Shown here: positions 35,261 through 48,456 of the stretch, one piece after another
Position numbering within the stretch: position 1 is the first letter of the stretch
How the letters are laid out: every line of letters starts with the position of its first letter
Source: Takakia lepidozioides
Taxonomy: Eukaryota; Plantae; Bryophyta
NCBI GenBank assembly: GCA_030704615.1
Contig: CM060734.1
Location: 32,426,001-32,490,000, forward strand
Reading direction: 5' to 3'
Length of the DNA stretch: 64,000 nucleotides
The notes under the pieces: generated by a model
Told to the model about the DNA's origin: nothing
The model's database searches: none
Seen by the model: only the letters and a program-made list of their open reading frames with translations
Program-made: the position numbers and the translations under genes

Positions 35261-38200
35261 CATGGATTCAAAATCGCTTAAGTGGTTGTCCAGATGTCAT
35301 AAATGTGTTCACCTTCCCATGGAAGCTGCGAATAGCCTTTTGGGGTGAAGTGTCACTATAAATTACGCATGGGGGCATGTTTATGTAAGTAGACCAAAAT
35401 ATTCTAAGGATTTCCAAAAGATTCTAAAAATATGTTATAGCAAAGTACGCTCAGGCAATATAAATTGCGAAAGTAGTTTAAATCTATGCTCATCAGCACA
35501 ATAAGTTTTTCTAGTGATTATCTTTTTTAAATTTGTTTATTTTTGGTTTATTTCGCCAATGAAAATTTTCTAAACTTGACATATTTGTTTATAATATTTT
35601 TTATTTTTATTTAACTATTAAATATTTATGTTCTACTATATGTCTTGCTAAAATATATGTATGTATCATGTTACTCACCCTATTAATGTAGATGTTTCCT
35701 ATGTCTGCCTATGATTTGAGTATGACTTATATTTTCATTTGCAAACATATTATCCTTATAATTGTGGATTGTGCTACACCAGTCTTTTTCAGGCTTATGT
35801 TGTGTTCATGCCTTTTTCGGCTTACACTATGCTCACAAGACACCAACCCCACATTATAGTGCCTAAGAATGAAATGGACAAGTGCTGAAACAAGCTTAAA
35901 TTGTGGTGTTACTTCATCCACGATGGCCGGCTACTGCCTTCTAGTGGGAAGGTGGACACCTTTATGACATCCACAAGTGGTGAGTTGTGCCTTTACCATG
36001 CGGCTAAATGTTGGATGTTGTCTAGATGTATTAGGTAATAATAATATATGACGCCTCCTAAAAGAAACATAAATTATGGGGTCTCTTGACCCCAAAGGAC
36101 TTCTGAGAGCCCACTTAGCTCAACTGTCAACATGCCAAAAAATCAAAATCAGATCTAGGGAGAGTGCACTTCACTACTTGCAACTACAATGTGTAAGATC
36201 TTATATTAATTCAATCCCAATAATCCCACGAAGCAAACTCACCACAAATGTAATATTATTGAACGACGAACACATGTTTTGGAACTATTTCTTGTCAACG
36301 GGCTTGGCAACTATTATTATTTTACACAATCTAGTAACTCCCTCCCTAACAGTGGGGCCGAGTGTCACATTTTCTTCCCTTTTAGCTCTAATCTTCTTCT
36401 TTCAGCCACGACGCATGTTCACTACAGTATTCGGGCAATGAAGCTGTATGTTCTTTAAAAGAAAATTTAACACCGAAACGGGTTTGGCGCTGCATTGAAG
36501 TGGTACGAATTCATCTTGCTTAGAGATGTGACAACTAAGTGGTCTCTAATGTACTATTGTCCATAATTATTGTGCCAATAGATTTGAGATGTAATTTCCA
36601 TAGCTATTTGATTTGTTACATGTTTGACACCACTTGCATGTTTGACATTACTTTACTTCCCATATATAGAGGTTTTTTGCCCTTAAAATTTCCTATCCTT
36701 GGATAGTTTAACCAAGCTACCCACCTATCATAGTACATCCAAAAATATGAATCTTACAAATCAGTTGCTACCTACCACATACATCCGTATACCAAATTGC
36801 GAAGAATTTCACCACAAAAGTTTTAAGATTATAGTGCTTTGGTGGGGGTTGTTTTTTCCGTGGAAATTTGAGAAACCTACAATGTCCAAAAAATGACCAA
36901 GAAATGACCAAGAAATTGATTTTTGTTGGGTCCGCCGCACCCATGGCCATATCCTTATCCAAGGTATGCAAGAATATTGCACAGAATTTCTTGCCAAATT
37001 GCCAAATGATGCTACATGCTCATTTGTATGTGTTCTTTGGGGGGGGGGGGGGGTCAGATATAGGCCAAAATATGGAGTTTCTAACATTGTTCGTTTCCAT
37101 CAAAAGGAAGTGGGCAGAAATCCAAGATTTTTTTCTATCCGAGCCATGAGAGAATGGGTTCATATGATCCTCATCAGAATGTCCAAATTTTTTGGGAATC
37201 CAATGGAGAATTTTTCAAAATTTGAGGCCTCAGTGGGCCAAGTATTTTGGAGCCCATTGGTCGGCAAATTACGTCCTACACCTATAGACATTTCTGGGAA
37301 TTACTAATGGGCCACATCATCATTTTCTTGTGTTTCTACAGTGAGCACGTCGATCGAGCACCTAAAGTCATCCGCATGACAAGGTGCCACAAGGGGTGCT
37401 TTCATGTCACATAGGGCGGACAACCTTCCTAGCCACCGGCAGCTCACTTGCGCCGTTTGTACACCCGCTACATGCCCCAATAGACACTGACAACGACAAC
37501 GTAGGTGGTCAACCCTGCGTGTCCCTTCTCCTTCTCCTGTAAAATTAATTGAAGGATGAGAAGGAGAAATCCCAATGATGGTTGCATGAGTCCATATTTT
37601 AGGAAAAGTTTTTCAATTGGAAAAGTATCTTTGAAAGGGTGACTACATTCCCAATATCTCTACGGTTAGACACGTCCTACAAAGAAGGTATAACCCCAAT
37701 TGAACTTGTCGAACAGTTCTGAAAATTTGAGGGATATAAGATTCTAGATACTTGTCTACGTCAGTGTGCCATTAATTTTTATATTATTTAGAAGAGTAAT
37801 TTAAAAATTGATAAAGTTCTTAGAAAATTTCATATGAGTTGATGAGCTTTTAAGTTTTAGGACAGGTGGCTCTCAGCATTGGTTGAATTATTCCAAATTG
37901 AAAAATTTACTATGAACCATAGATCCATTAGGTAGAAATCTATGAATATTCATACCGTATGCATAGAAGATAATGAACTGTTCATTTCATACATCTAAAA
38001 ACATGTAAAGATATCATAAATGATGGCCAAACAAATGACATTGGACGATCTCACGAATATGCAATCTAGACCTGTCATTAAATTGGCTTAGTATATTAAA
38101 GATTAATATAATTGTGGACACTCCATAGGGCTATCTAAGAATTGTGGATACCATTGCTAGAGTAAAACCACTTTGTTTTAAAGATACACACCTAACCGGA

Positions 38201-39295
38201 CCGTCATCCGCTCCCTTTAAAGATATACACCTAACCACAATCCACTCTCTAACAACCATTATCACCAATAACGTAAGCTAGAATATAAATATCAAACCAA
38301 TCACTAGCCCGCATTTATAGGGCCACCTCCAAAAGTAGCCTCAAGGTGAATTGACTCTTAGTTAGTTGGGATATTCCGAACAAAGGCCAAAATTTCGCTC
38401 TGAAACACAGCCTAGCCTTGATTTGAAAGAAAAAAGTGTGGAAGAGAAGGAGCAAAACCCATTGGACCAGCTGGCACCAGAGGGCCTCCGGAGTTGGATG
38501 GCCGGTTCTGGAGTCGACCTTCTCCAATGTTAGTGCTGCCAGAATAAAAAGATGTGATCTAGCAATTATTTTTATATATCGATATCACAGATGCAAGTCT
38601 ATGACACATACCAGCACACACACTATATATACATATATATGACACCTCCCCAAGGAAACGTAATCTATGGTGTTCCAAGCTACTACCTTTCTGGGGAAGG
38701 TGGACACCTTTGTGACACCAATCGGTGGATTGAACCCACAACCACATCAGTGGTCGGTTTTGCTACCACTTGGCTAGAACTTAGTTGTGGACACTATGAT
38801 GATAATAGACCTCGTATCGACACTGGCATGGGTCTTTCAAATGACCTCATGAGCCGCAGCACGGATATTTATCCCCAATGTTGCGTGCATAGGCAGACGG
38901 GATGTATGAATTACAAGCGAGTACGTAACGGAGCGGAGGTTCAACAATCTTTGGGGCCACGAAGCACGTCGCTGTAACGGCCCGAGTACCATCTCGACAA
39001 AGTCCAGCCGCTGCAGCAGCCATTGCAACGTATATATATATACATGACTGCAGATCGTCTCTGCCTTCTGCAACACCACTCTAGCTGTCAGCTGGGCCCG
39101 ATCGATCACCGATCGAGCATCCTCAGGTTGCTAGAGTTTTTGGCCTTGAATTTGCTCCCCAGTTCATTTCAAACCAAACACTGAAGCGAGCACTCGTGAG
39201 GTTTTTCGATTACCTGGACCTGTGTGTACTGCCAGATAATTTGCAAGCACAGTTTAATCCAGCTAGTTCCCAGCCACTGAGAAGAGGAATTGACC

Positions 39296-39964
39296 ATGAG
39301 GAGCATTAACGTCCAAAGCATCGCCGGCTGGGTTCTGCTAGGCTTTCTCTTGCAGATAGCTTTGACATCCATGACAGCAATGGCTGCCGACCCCGATCCC
39401 CTTCAGGACTTCTGTGTGGCAGATCTGGCCAGCCCCATCACTTTGAACGGTTATCCATGCAAGGATCCGGCGAATGTGACCGCATCTGACTTTGTGTACC
39501 ATGGTTTGGGCAAGGCTGGAGACACATCTACCTATCCCAATAGCAATGTCACTGCAGGAAATGTGCACAATTTTCCAGGCGTCAACACTCTGGGACTTAC
39601 CATCGCGCGAATCGACTATGCGGCAAATGGGGGCCTTCTGACCCCCCACACTCACCCACGGTCTTCAGAGATGTTGTATGTGGAGTCCGGGGCTCTGTAC
39701 GCTGGGTGGGTAAGCACTGACAACAAGTTATACGCTGCTAATCTACAGAAGGGTGATGTGCTTATGATCCCAAGAGGCCTTCTGCACTTCTCCTTTAATG
39801 TTGGGACCGTGCCAGCTGTGGGGATTGCAGCACTGAACAGCCAGGATGCTGGATTCCAAGCCATAGCCGCTTCTTTGCTGACCTTCCCGGACAATCTCCT
39901 GGAGAAAACATTTGACGTGAACCAGGCGACAATCGATTACTTGAAGGATCACTTCAAAGGCTAG
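39296..39964 (+). CDS. Germin-like protein (cupin), intronless, with signal peptide
   Basis: DPDPLQDFCVAD; germin boxes GGLLTPHTHPRSSE and PRGLLHF. Confidence 0.95.
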   Translation: MRSINVQSIAGWVLLGFLLQIALTSMTAMAADPDPLQDFCVADLASPITLNGYPCKDPANVTASDFVYHGLGKAGDTSTYPNSNVTAGNVHNFPGVNTLGLTIARIDYAANGGLLTPHTHPRSSEMLYVESGALYAGWVSTDNKLYAANLQKGDVLMIPRGLLHFSFNVGTVPAVGIAALNSQDAGFQAIAASLLTFPDNLLEKTFDVNQATIDYLKDHFKG

Positions 39965-40496
39965 GATTTCCTTTCGGAGAAGGTGAACTTCGAAACTCGT
40001 CATTATTTTGTATATATAGGACTTCATTAAGATTGAGATCACCACTTGAGGAGTTATTTACTACTGAAGCTCCTTGGAAATCCAAGACTAGGTAACTGTG
40101 CAGTCCAATCCAGTACATGCAGGTGAGTACATGACGCTACCATAGATGAAGGTGGCTTGTACTTGTACAGAGCTTACCATACCATATCAGTTTCAAATGT
40201 GTAACTCTGGGTTGCATTCAATTAGTAGGTGGCCATAACTAGGTCAAGGTTTATCCACTGAAGCAATACATGATCACCGTAATTGACCGATGCATGATTT
40301 AACTACGAAGTGTATCATACATGGATTTGTGTGCAGGGAACGGCAGTAGAGCGTACTGAAGCGGATATATATACAGCTCAGAGCTCGGACCATCAGTGTG
40401 CTGATCAACAAGGATGAGCGGCACAACTGAAGGACGCAGACTGCAGTCTGGAGTACCGACCTGCGTATCTAGACAACAACAACAGAGCAATATAAC

Positions 40497-40532
<36 letters not shown>

Positions 40533-42540
40533 AGACATGAATAAAGTTGGGGAGCCAGGAACTGTCCTGGGTGGGCTAGCCAGCTGATTGTACAAGGGGT
40601 TAGTGCTCTTGGATGTTGAAACTCTCTCTCTCTAACAGTCTAGCCGGCATTACTTGCTAGAGGCGAGCTACAACTTTTGTCTCTGAATAAACGCCAAGCA
40701 ATATAATAATTTCAACTGTCGTTGATTTTGAGATTTTGTCCAGGTATGTATTGTGTGCATGTTATCAATCCCACATGATCAATGTCTAGAAATTCTAGTA
40801 GAACTGCTTACTTATAATAACTAGCCCAAGTTCTTGTGAAGGAAATAAAACTATCCAAATTCAAAAATAGAACATATTAAGAATATTCTTAAAATGAAAT
40901 GAAGAGAGGGTCAGCTCATGACATGTCTCATCGTGTATGAGTGAACCCAATAACCTCTTACTATCCACATTATAACCTCCGATTCTTAATGCCGGGTAAA
41001 AGAGTTCATAACCTGCCTCTTTGGGCCACTAGTTGATGAAGTGCCACGATATGTATGTATGAAATCGCGAACGTTATAATTGGAAAGTAATGATTATGTG
41101 GAAAATCAGTAAATAAGAAGGATTAAATTGTAGTAGTGTGTGGCGGCCTGGACCTGAAGATGTCATGGATCAACTCTGGACATAGCTTTCTAGAGCCAGC
41201 CCATTCCTATTTGAAATCCGTACGTGGGGGAGATTTTTTTCTACTTCTAAGCCCTTGGTTCACCAACTAGTATAAATTAGTCCATACCTCTCATTCATTG
41301 AATTGAATGAAAGTCTAACAACTGCAATGTGTAGAGTTAACTAGAGAATATGAGTAAATTATAAGTCGTGACATTTGCATACCGAGAACCAGAGAATACG
41401 CAGGGAATGTGATAAACAGTTTCATAAAGATATACTAACTAGAGATTTGCTGACTTGTAGGACTTCTTAATTATCAGCCGCCACACTATTCACTAGTGGC
41501 CCGTGGGCGGCCCTCAAGAGCAACGTCTCTGCTACCTTATCAATTATATCAGCAATATATGAGCAAAGGTGGTGGTGGAACACTACACACTTGCATTCGA
41601 GGACCTCTCCAATATAGAGTCTAGAGAGTACTCCTATAAAGGCCTGACTTGTAAGATGCGGTTCATCAACTAAGTGTTAGAATTCAGCAGTTCTACTACA
41701 ACTCTAGACATTTGATCGTGTGGGATTGATAACATGCATACAACATACCTGGACGAAATCTCAAAATCAACAACAGCTGAAATTATTATATTGCTTGGCG
41801 TTTATTCAGAGACAAAAGTTCTAGCTCGCCTCTAGCTTAATGCTGGCTAGACTGTTAGAGAGAGAGAGTTTCAACATTCAAGAGCTCTAACCTTGTACAA
41901 TCTGGCCAGCTACCCAGGACAGTTCCTGGCTCCCCAACTTTATTCATGTCTACACATACATATATGTTATATTGCACTGTTGTTGTTGTCTAGCAGGTCG
42001 GTCCAGACTGCAGTTTGCGTCCTTCAATTGTGCCGCTCATCCTTGTCTGATCCTTGTTGATCAGCACACTGATGGTCCGAGCTTTGAGCTGTATATCCGT
42101 TTCAGTACGCTCGACTCCCTGCACACAAAGCCATGTATGATACACTACGTAATTAAATCATGCATCGGCCAATTGTGGTGGTCATGTATTGCTTCAGTCG
42201 ATAAACCTCTTGACCTAGTTATGGCCAACTACTAATTGAATGCAGATCCCAGAGTTACATTTGAAACTAACATATGGCCTGGAAAGGTATATGGTAAGGA
42301 TTCTTCGGTACAAGTACAAGCACAAGCCCCACCTTCATATCACTGTAGTTCGTCACACCTGCATGTACTGGATTGCAGACTCGTTGCACAGTCACTTAGT
42401 CTTGGATTTCCAAGGGGCCTCAAAATAACTTCAGGAAGTAAATAACTCCTCAAGTTGTGATCTCAATCTTGACAAAGTCCTAAATACAAAATAATGACGA
42501 GTTTCGAAGTTCACCTGCAACCAAATCTCCAAAGGAAATT

Positions 42541-43212
42541 CTAGCCTTTGAACCGAGACTTCAAGTAATCGATTGTTGTCTGGTTCACGTCAAATGTTTT
42601 CTCCAGGAGATTGTCCGGGAAGGTCAGCAAAGAAGCGGCTATGGCTTGGAATCCAGCATCCTGGCTGTTCAGTGCTGCAATCCCCACAGCTGGCACGGTC
42701 CCAACATTAAAGGAGAAGTGCAGAAGGCCTCTTGGGATCATAAGCACATCACCCTGCTGCAGATTAGCAGCGTATAACTTGTTGTCAGTGGTCACGAACC
42801 CCGCGTACAGAGCCCCAGACTCAACATACAACATCTCTGAAGACCGTGGGTGAGTGTGGGGTGTCAGAAGGCCCCCATTTGCCGCATAGTCGATTCGCGC
42901 GAAGGTAAGTCCCAGAGTGTTGACGCCTGGAAAATTGTGCACATTTCCTGCAGTGACATTACTATTCGGATAGGCAGATGTGTCTGCAGCCTTGCCCAAG
43001 CCATGGTACACAAAGTCAGATGCGGTCACATTCGCCGGATTCTTGCACGGATAACCGTTCAAAGTGATGCGGCTGGCCAGATCTGCCACACAGAAGTCCT
43101 GAAGGGGATCGGGGTCGGCAGCCATTGCTGTCATGGATGTCAAAGCTATCTGCAAGAGAAAGCCTAGCAGAACCGAGCTGCCGGCGATGCTTTGGACGTT
43201 AATGCTCCTCAT
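42541..43212 (-). CDS. Germin-like protein, near-identical inverted paralog
   Basis: Same motifs, roughly a dozen amino-acid differences from the 39296 copy; ATG at 43212. Confidence 0.95.
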   Translation of the reverse strand: MRSINVQSIAGSSVLLGFLLQIALTSMTAMAADPDPLQDFCVADLASRITLNGYPCKNPANVTASDFVYHGLGKAADTSAYPNSNVTAGNVHNFPGVNTLGLTFARIDYAANGGLLTPHTHPRSSEMLYVESGALYAGFVTTDNKLYAANLQQGDVLMIPRGLLHFSFNVGTVPAVGIAALNSQDAGFQAIAASLLTFPDNLLEKTFDVNQTTIDYLKSRFKG

Positions 43213-44305
43213 GGTTAATTCTTCGCTGGGAACTAGCTGGATTAAATTGTGCTTGCAAACTATCTGGCAGTACACACAGGTCCCAGGTAATCGAAAACCT
43301 CACTAGTGCTCGCTTCAGTGTTCGATATACTTGCAGTAACTAGTGTTCGGTTTGAAATGATCTGGGGAGCAAATTCAAGGCCAAAAAATCTAGCCACCTG
43401 AGGATTGATCGATCGGGCCCAGCTGACAGCTAGAGTGGTGTTGTAGAAGGCAGACTGAAGGTGGCGAGGAGTGAACGAGCTGCAGTCCATGTATATATAT
43501 ACGTTGCAATCGCTACTGCAGCGGAATTTGTCGAGATGGTACTCGGGCCGTTACAGCGACGTGCTTCGTGGCCCCAAAGATTGTTGAACCTCCGCTCCGT
43601 TACGTACTCGCTTGTAATTCATACATCCACTCTACCCATAATCAACCTAGGTAGCTTTGAGGACCAGAACACTGTATTTTACAGTATAATGAATCATATC
43701 TTTATTAAATCTGTTACCAAACTTCTTCATCGACGACGAATTATTTCTAGTTAGCGGTGCCTCCAACGGAATCGATATGTTTTGGATTCATAAACTGATT
43801 CGAGACCTATACTAAGGATGGATGTCACTTAAGATGCTTAAGCACTTGATCATGAGTCCGCAGTGTGGCAAGCTTACAAATATCTTGTTAGATAAGTGCA
43901 TCAGGAACTCCAACTCTACAAGGGAAGCGTATATGTCTGCAGATTGAGTAAGTGATTGAAGGGTATTTTGGAAGAATCCTGCGCTTGCGATCATGAATCA
44001 CTACAGCGGATTGTGACATGCACAAAATACAAGGAAGCAGTAGATGCTTGGATCCCAATGGTTTCTAGATCGAAAGGGAAGAGTAGGTGACTGCGTTAAA
44101 TCTAGTAAATTGGCACATGCAAGTATGTGGTCGGCATTTGAAGCTGCAGTACTGCGACAGTGATTCAATCGAGCTCCATGGGTTCTAGATAGAGATGACT
44201 AATCCCGTGGGAGTACTTCTGCCTGAATCATGTAGGTGTGATGTGCAGTGTTGCAGACGACATGATCCAAAGGCATACACGTCATTCACATGAGACCTTC
44301 AAGGA

Positions 44306-44554
44306 CTAACGCAGAACCGTCTTATGAGTATTGTGGATGCTGAGCGGCTCAACACATGACACTGCGATGTGATGAAGTTTCTCAGTGGACATTTCCGGTT
44401 TCATGGGTACGGAGTAATGCAGTCCTATCTCTGCCAGGAACTCGGCACCAAGACCGGGGTCAGCAATTGCAACTTGCTTAACAAGTTTGGACCTGTACTT
44501 GGTCTGTGATTGCCTTCCTGCCCGCACAATGTGACTCCTCTTAAATGTCTTCAA
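44306..44554 (-). pseudogene. Remnant homologous to the linker exon of the ParB-like/MTase gene at 10.8 kb
   Basis: LVKQVAIADPGLGAEFLAEIGLHYSVPMKPEMSTEKLHHIAVSCVEP aligns without gaps to FVKQLRIADPAFGPEFLN*VRIHWNVKTKPEMMQEKLHRLSTVVVEP (10804-10944); 24/47 identical by manual count. Confidence 0.8.
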
Positions 44555-47500
44555 GTCTTCCGCTGCGGCATAGGAAATGTTTGTTGATTATGATTTGTTT
44601 GTTCAGTGTAAGATCATACTATAGTTCGTTCCTGCAATGGCTGGAAGGGATACTTAAGGACTTCATAATTCCCGAGGAACCCAACACTGGTCATACTTTG
44701 ATTTGCTTTGATTAATCCTGCATAGACGCGGGTCTACTTCTTCACTCCTTCATGGAGGTTGGAGGTCGTACGAGCTCGTGTACGAGGCGATATGAGGACG
44801 ATATGTGTTTGAGGGTTGTTCATTGCCCAGGAGAGAATCACTAGGTGGCTCTTTGGGTTCATCAGGCTAGAAGATGGGAAAGGGTGAACGCTAGATCCAA
44901 TGTGATCTCCAAATTTCATACCTGGGCGACAGGACACAGACCTGTGGCGTGCGATGTTCATGAATACCGCAAGGTGTTGGGACACTTCAAAGGTGATGCG
45001 CAAGGAAACTCGAAAAATATTTTAATGGAAGCACACTTAGCACGTAGTTTCGTAGAGGCGTTCTGTGAAAACCAAGGTGAAGATTTGGCTGAGCTGACAC
45101 CTCTAATAATGGCACAAGACTCAAAATTCAGGACTGTGTTTCGTTCCTTTTCCCTGAAGACGGAAGGGGAAATGAGAACAAAAAACTCTTGTTTCGATCT
45201 TTGGGCAACCCCACAACCACACTGAGCGCCCCAGACCGAAGCTCACAGAGGATGAACAACAAGAACCAGAATGGTCCCCATCGAACAGTGACTCAAGCTT
45301 AGACAGGGATCAAGTGGCCCCCGGATGGCGATGCCAAATCTCAAATTCTATTAAACCACAACTATCGTCGCAGGATTTCGTTCTCCTCTATGGATCTTAT
45401 CATGACTGTTCCGGACGAGCTCAAGGGTTATGAAGAGGCCCCTGGCCCAGTAGAGTGCAACGATTGGGTCCGTGGGATCGGTAAAGCTTGCACCTAAGCG
45501 TCTCAGTCAGGCTACAGAGTGTGCTGGGATCGCATTGCAAGCTCGAAATTCAAGTGCCCAAAACCGAACATCCCTGTTAGGATCCCGCGTGGGGAAATTC
45601 TACTGTATGAGATCCCAAAAACCTGCAAAACGCTTACGCCAACATCCAGCTTGGGAACGCCCACCCATGCCTTTCTCACAAATTGTCGAGTCTTCACATA
45701 GAGACCTTCTTCAAACCTTCCACGTCCCATAGCAGTCTTAGGTATGTACTAGAGAATGGGGCCATTCTGACAGGGAAGCCATTCGGTGAGCTCTGGAGGA
45801 CTCAAGACTTCTTATACAGGAGTTTGGAACAGAAGTACCGAACCTTAAGCCCAAGCCCCTGAGTGGCATTTTTTCCCTTGGCCAATGATCATTCTACCAG
45901 TTCGGCTTTTGCACCACAGTAACCCAGCCGTTTCCCCCAGGTCGTTGAGCTATGCTCCAGTTGAGATAGTAGAGGAATTAGTAGAGGAATTTGAGGCTTG
46001 CTCTACTGGGGATTCCAAATGCCAGAAACCTGGTCTTCAATGGAAACAGCCTTCTGAAGAGCCTAACTGTACTCCTGTCAGCTGGCAGTAGGGGGTAACT
46101 TCAACAAAAACCATCTCCATATTTTCACCCTGGAACTCCTAGTCTATATCAATGTGCACTCCACACTAGGAACAGGACATTCTTCTGAAAACAGTTGGAC
46201 CCAATACCCAGAGTCAGATCAGCAACACACATAAGCGGAATGGCAAGATGAGAGAGTTGGAAGTGGACATGGAGATAATTCTGGACAATCACTGCCAATT
46301 AACAGTAGTCACATTGGGTTGACAATTGTTTCCATAATCAAAGGTGGACATGAAAACCTCCACCCCCAGGAAGTTTTGCTTTGGCCATTATACATTTAAA
46401 GTCTGATACATCTCTGCACATTGACCATCAGTGTTATCAGCACTCTCCGCTATGTGAGGGTGCCATTAGAGTCGCAATTGCTGCAGGTTTAAACTATGAC
46501 TGCTTTGCAGCAAACAGACACTATGAATGACAATTACAGTGGTGTAGCATGAATCTTGATCAGCTAAAACTCAATGAAATGTGTGACTTAACTGGGGTTG
46601 CTGTAGTCCTTCAAGCTCCACCTCCTGTTAACATGGGCATCTCTAGTAACACACTCATTTGACCTGTTTTCCCAATCTCATCTATGCCACACCCCTTCAC
46701 CTTCAACAAACATAAATGACGCCCTCTATTTTTACAGTCTATACCAGAGGTGACATGGGAGTGGAAATTGGTGTATACTGTGCTTGCTTTGCAGTGCATA
46801 AACATATCAGACCACAAATATTGTGGTGTGACCTTAACCTTCATGAGCTGAACCTACAACAGAGCATTTTCTTGTAATTTGACCTCATCTTGTCTTTCAA
46901 CTTCCTGCATGCTCATTCCCTCACCTTTTTCACCTTTCACTCTTTCTCCTCACTAGCTACACTCCTTCAATCCCTCTCTTGTCACAATGGGCACCTCTAG
47001 ATGCACAATCCTGTTACCTGCTGCACCAACGGCTCCCTTCACCTTGCAAATCCATAATACTCTCTACATCCTTGCCCCTCTCAGTCTGTCCCCATCTTCC
47101 ATCACTAGTCAATACAAATCTACTGCCAAAAGACCTCCAACATTTCTCCATGTGAGAATCGACATTTTATCATCGTGCTTGCGAAATAGTCCAAAGGTCA
47201 ACGAAATCAAAGTACCCTAGAGGATAAAATGTAGAAATCATGTAACATGTGGAAGTCGTCTTCTTGCGTAATCAGGAAACAGCAGATCCTCGAAGACAAG
47301 TTCGTTCTACCAAATCACAAAAGCTAACTGTGTGAAGACAAGAGGTCAATAGAAGTGCGCAAGTCATCGTTTGTGCTTCTCTACGTCGTCATCATTCGGG
47401 AACATGCCCATCAGCCGGCCAGCGGAGCACTGATAGGCATACATGAAGCCGCCCATGAACCCTATCAACCCTGCCGTATACATGGAGGGACCCCGTATGT

Positions 47501-48456
47501 TCACACTGCCACCTGCAATACACCCACCTACGAGCGCTCACGACCTTTCCCCAGACTGCAGCAGAAGCAAGAAGACCCTAACAAGACAAACAAACACATC
47601 CCAAAACCCACAAATCCAAGAGAGACAGAGCCATGCCTGCAAGGTAGCCAACCGGCAGAGAAGTAGCCGTGATCGCAGTCATCCGCAGAAAATCAGCCCC
47701 ATTGAAATTAGCGATGGTTCTGCTTGGTGAGGGATTCCGGTCAATCACTGGGAACTTCGGTTCATCCAAAAAGATGCCCATTGCCCAACAATCCACTCCT
47801 CCTGCCTGCCGTTCTTGCTGGACCTGCGAGAAGCTCTCTTTCCCTCTCCCCTCTACTCTAACCCAGGCCTGCCAGCCCTACTCTCTGCGGATGCCAGTTC
47901 CATCCTCACACGTGCCAACTAGTCTGCCCATTCCACACAGAATGTGTACCTCAGCTATAGCTTTAAATTTGAGGTCCAGCCAAAGTAGGTGGGAGGGTAG
48001 GTAGGTAGCATGTATAGGCAGGACTGTAGAAGGGTTGGGTAGCAGAGGTGGCAGAAGGCAGGGAGACAGCCCACAGGATGGAGGCAGCTGGGGCAACACT
48101 TGGCAGGTGCATAAGGACTTGTGGGTGGCAGGCCAAGCCACAGCGCCGCATCCCTCACAGCGCACAGAGATGGATTAGGGACTGGATTATGTGGGGCTGC
48201 ATCTTCCAGCTCAATACTGGTATCCCTTGCTCTCTCAGAGCTCTTCTGGTGGAGAATCTGGATCGCTTCCCAGCTGGGTTGTCAGCAGAGCGTTATTGAA
48301 TCTGGGTTTTGGTAACATGGTCTTTGCTGCCATGTTTTTTGCTGGGTGGGTTTGACTGGTTGGATGCCAAAAGCATTCGTATGATGCTATGTTCTGAATA
48401 TCTGTTGCACAACTTAGTTTGAAGGCGTGACAGCAAGGATTGCACAAGGGGCTGGC

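Larger units (their letters stand above)
38900..43628. repeat. Inverted duplication: arms about 38900-40808 and 41686-43628, spacer about 880 bp
   Basis: Promoter, CDS and about 850 bp of 3' flank are reverse complements, e.g. ggatgtatgaattacaagcgagtacg vs cgtactcgcttgtaattcatacatcc. Confidence 0.95.

Noticed and set aside
43213-43275. N-terminal extension of the second germin (244-aa ORF)
   Set aside because: It starts at a non-ATG codon; the ATG matching the paralog is at 43212.
44845-47200. Possible retroelement gag/pol remnant
   Set aside because: No recognisable gag, protease, RT or integrase motif; left unannotated.
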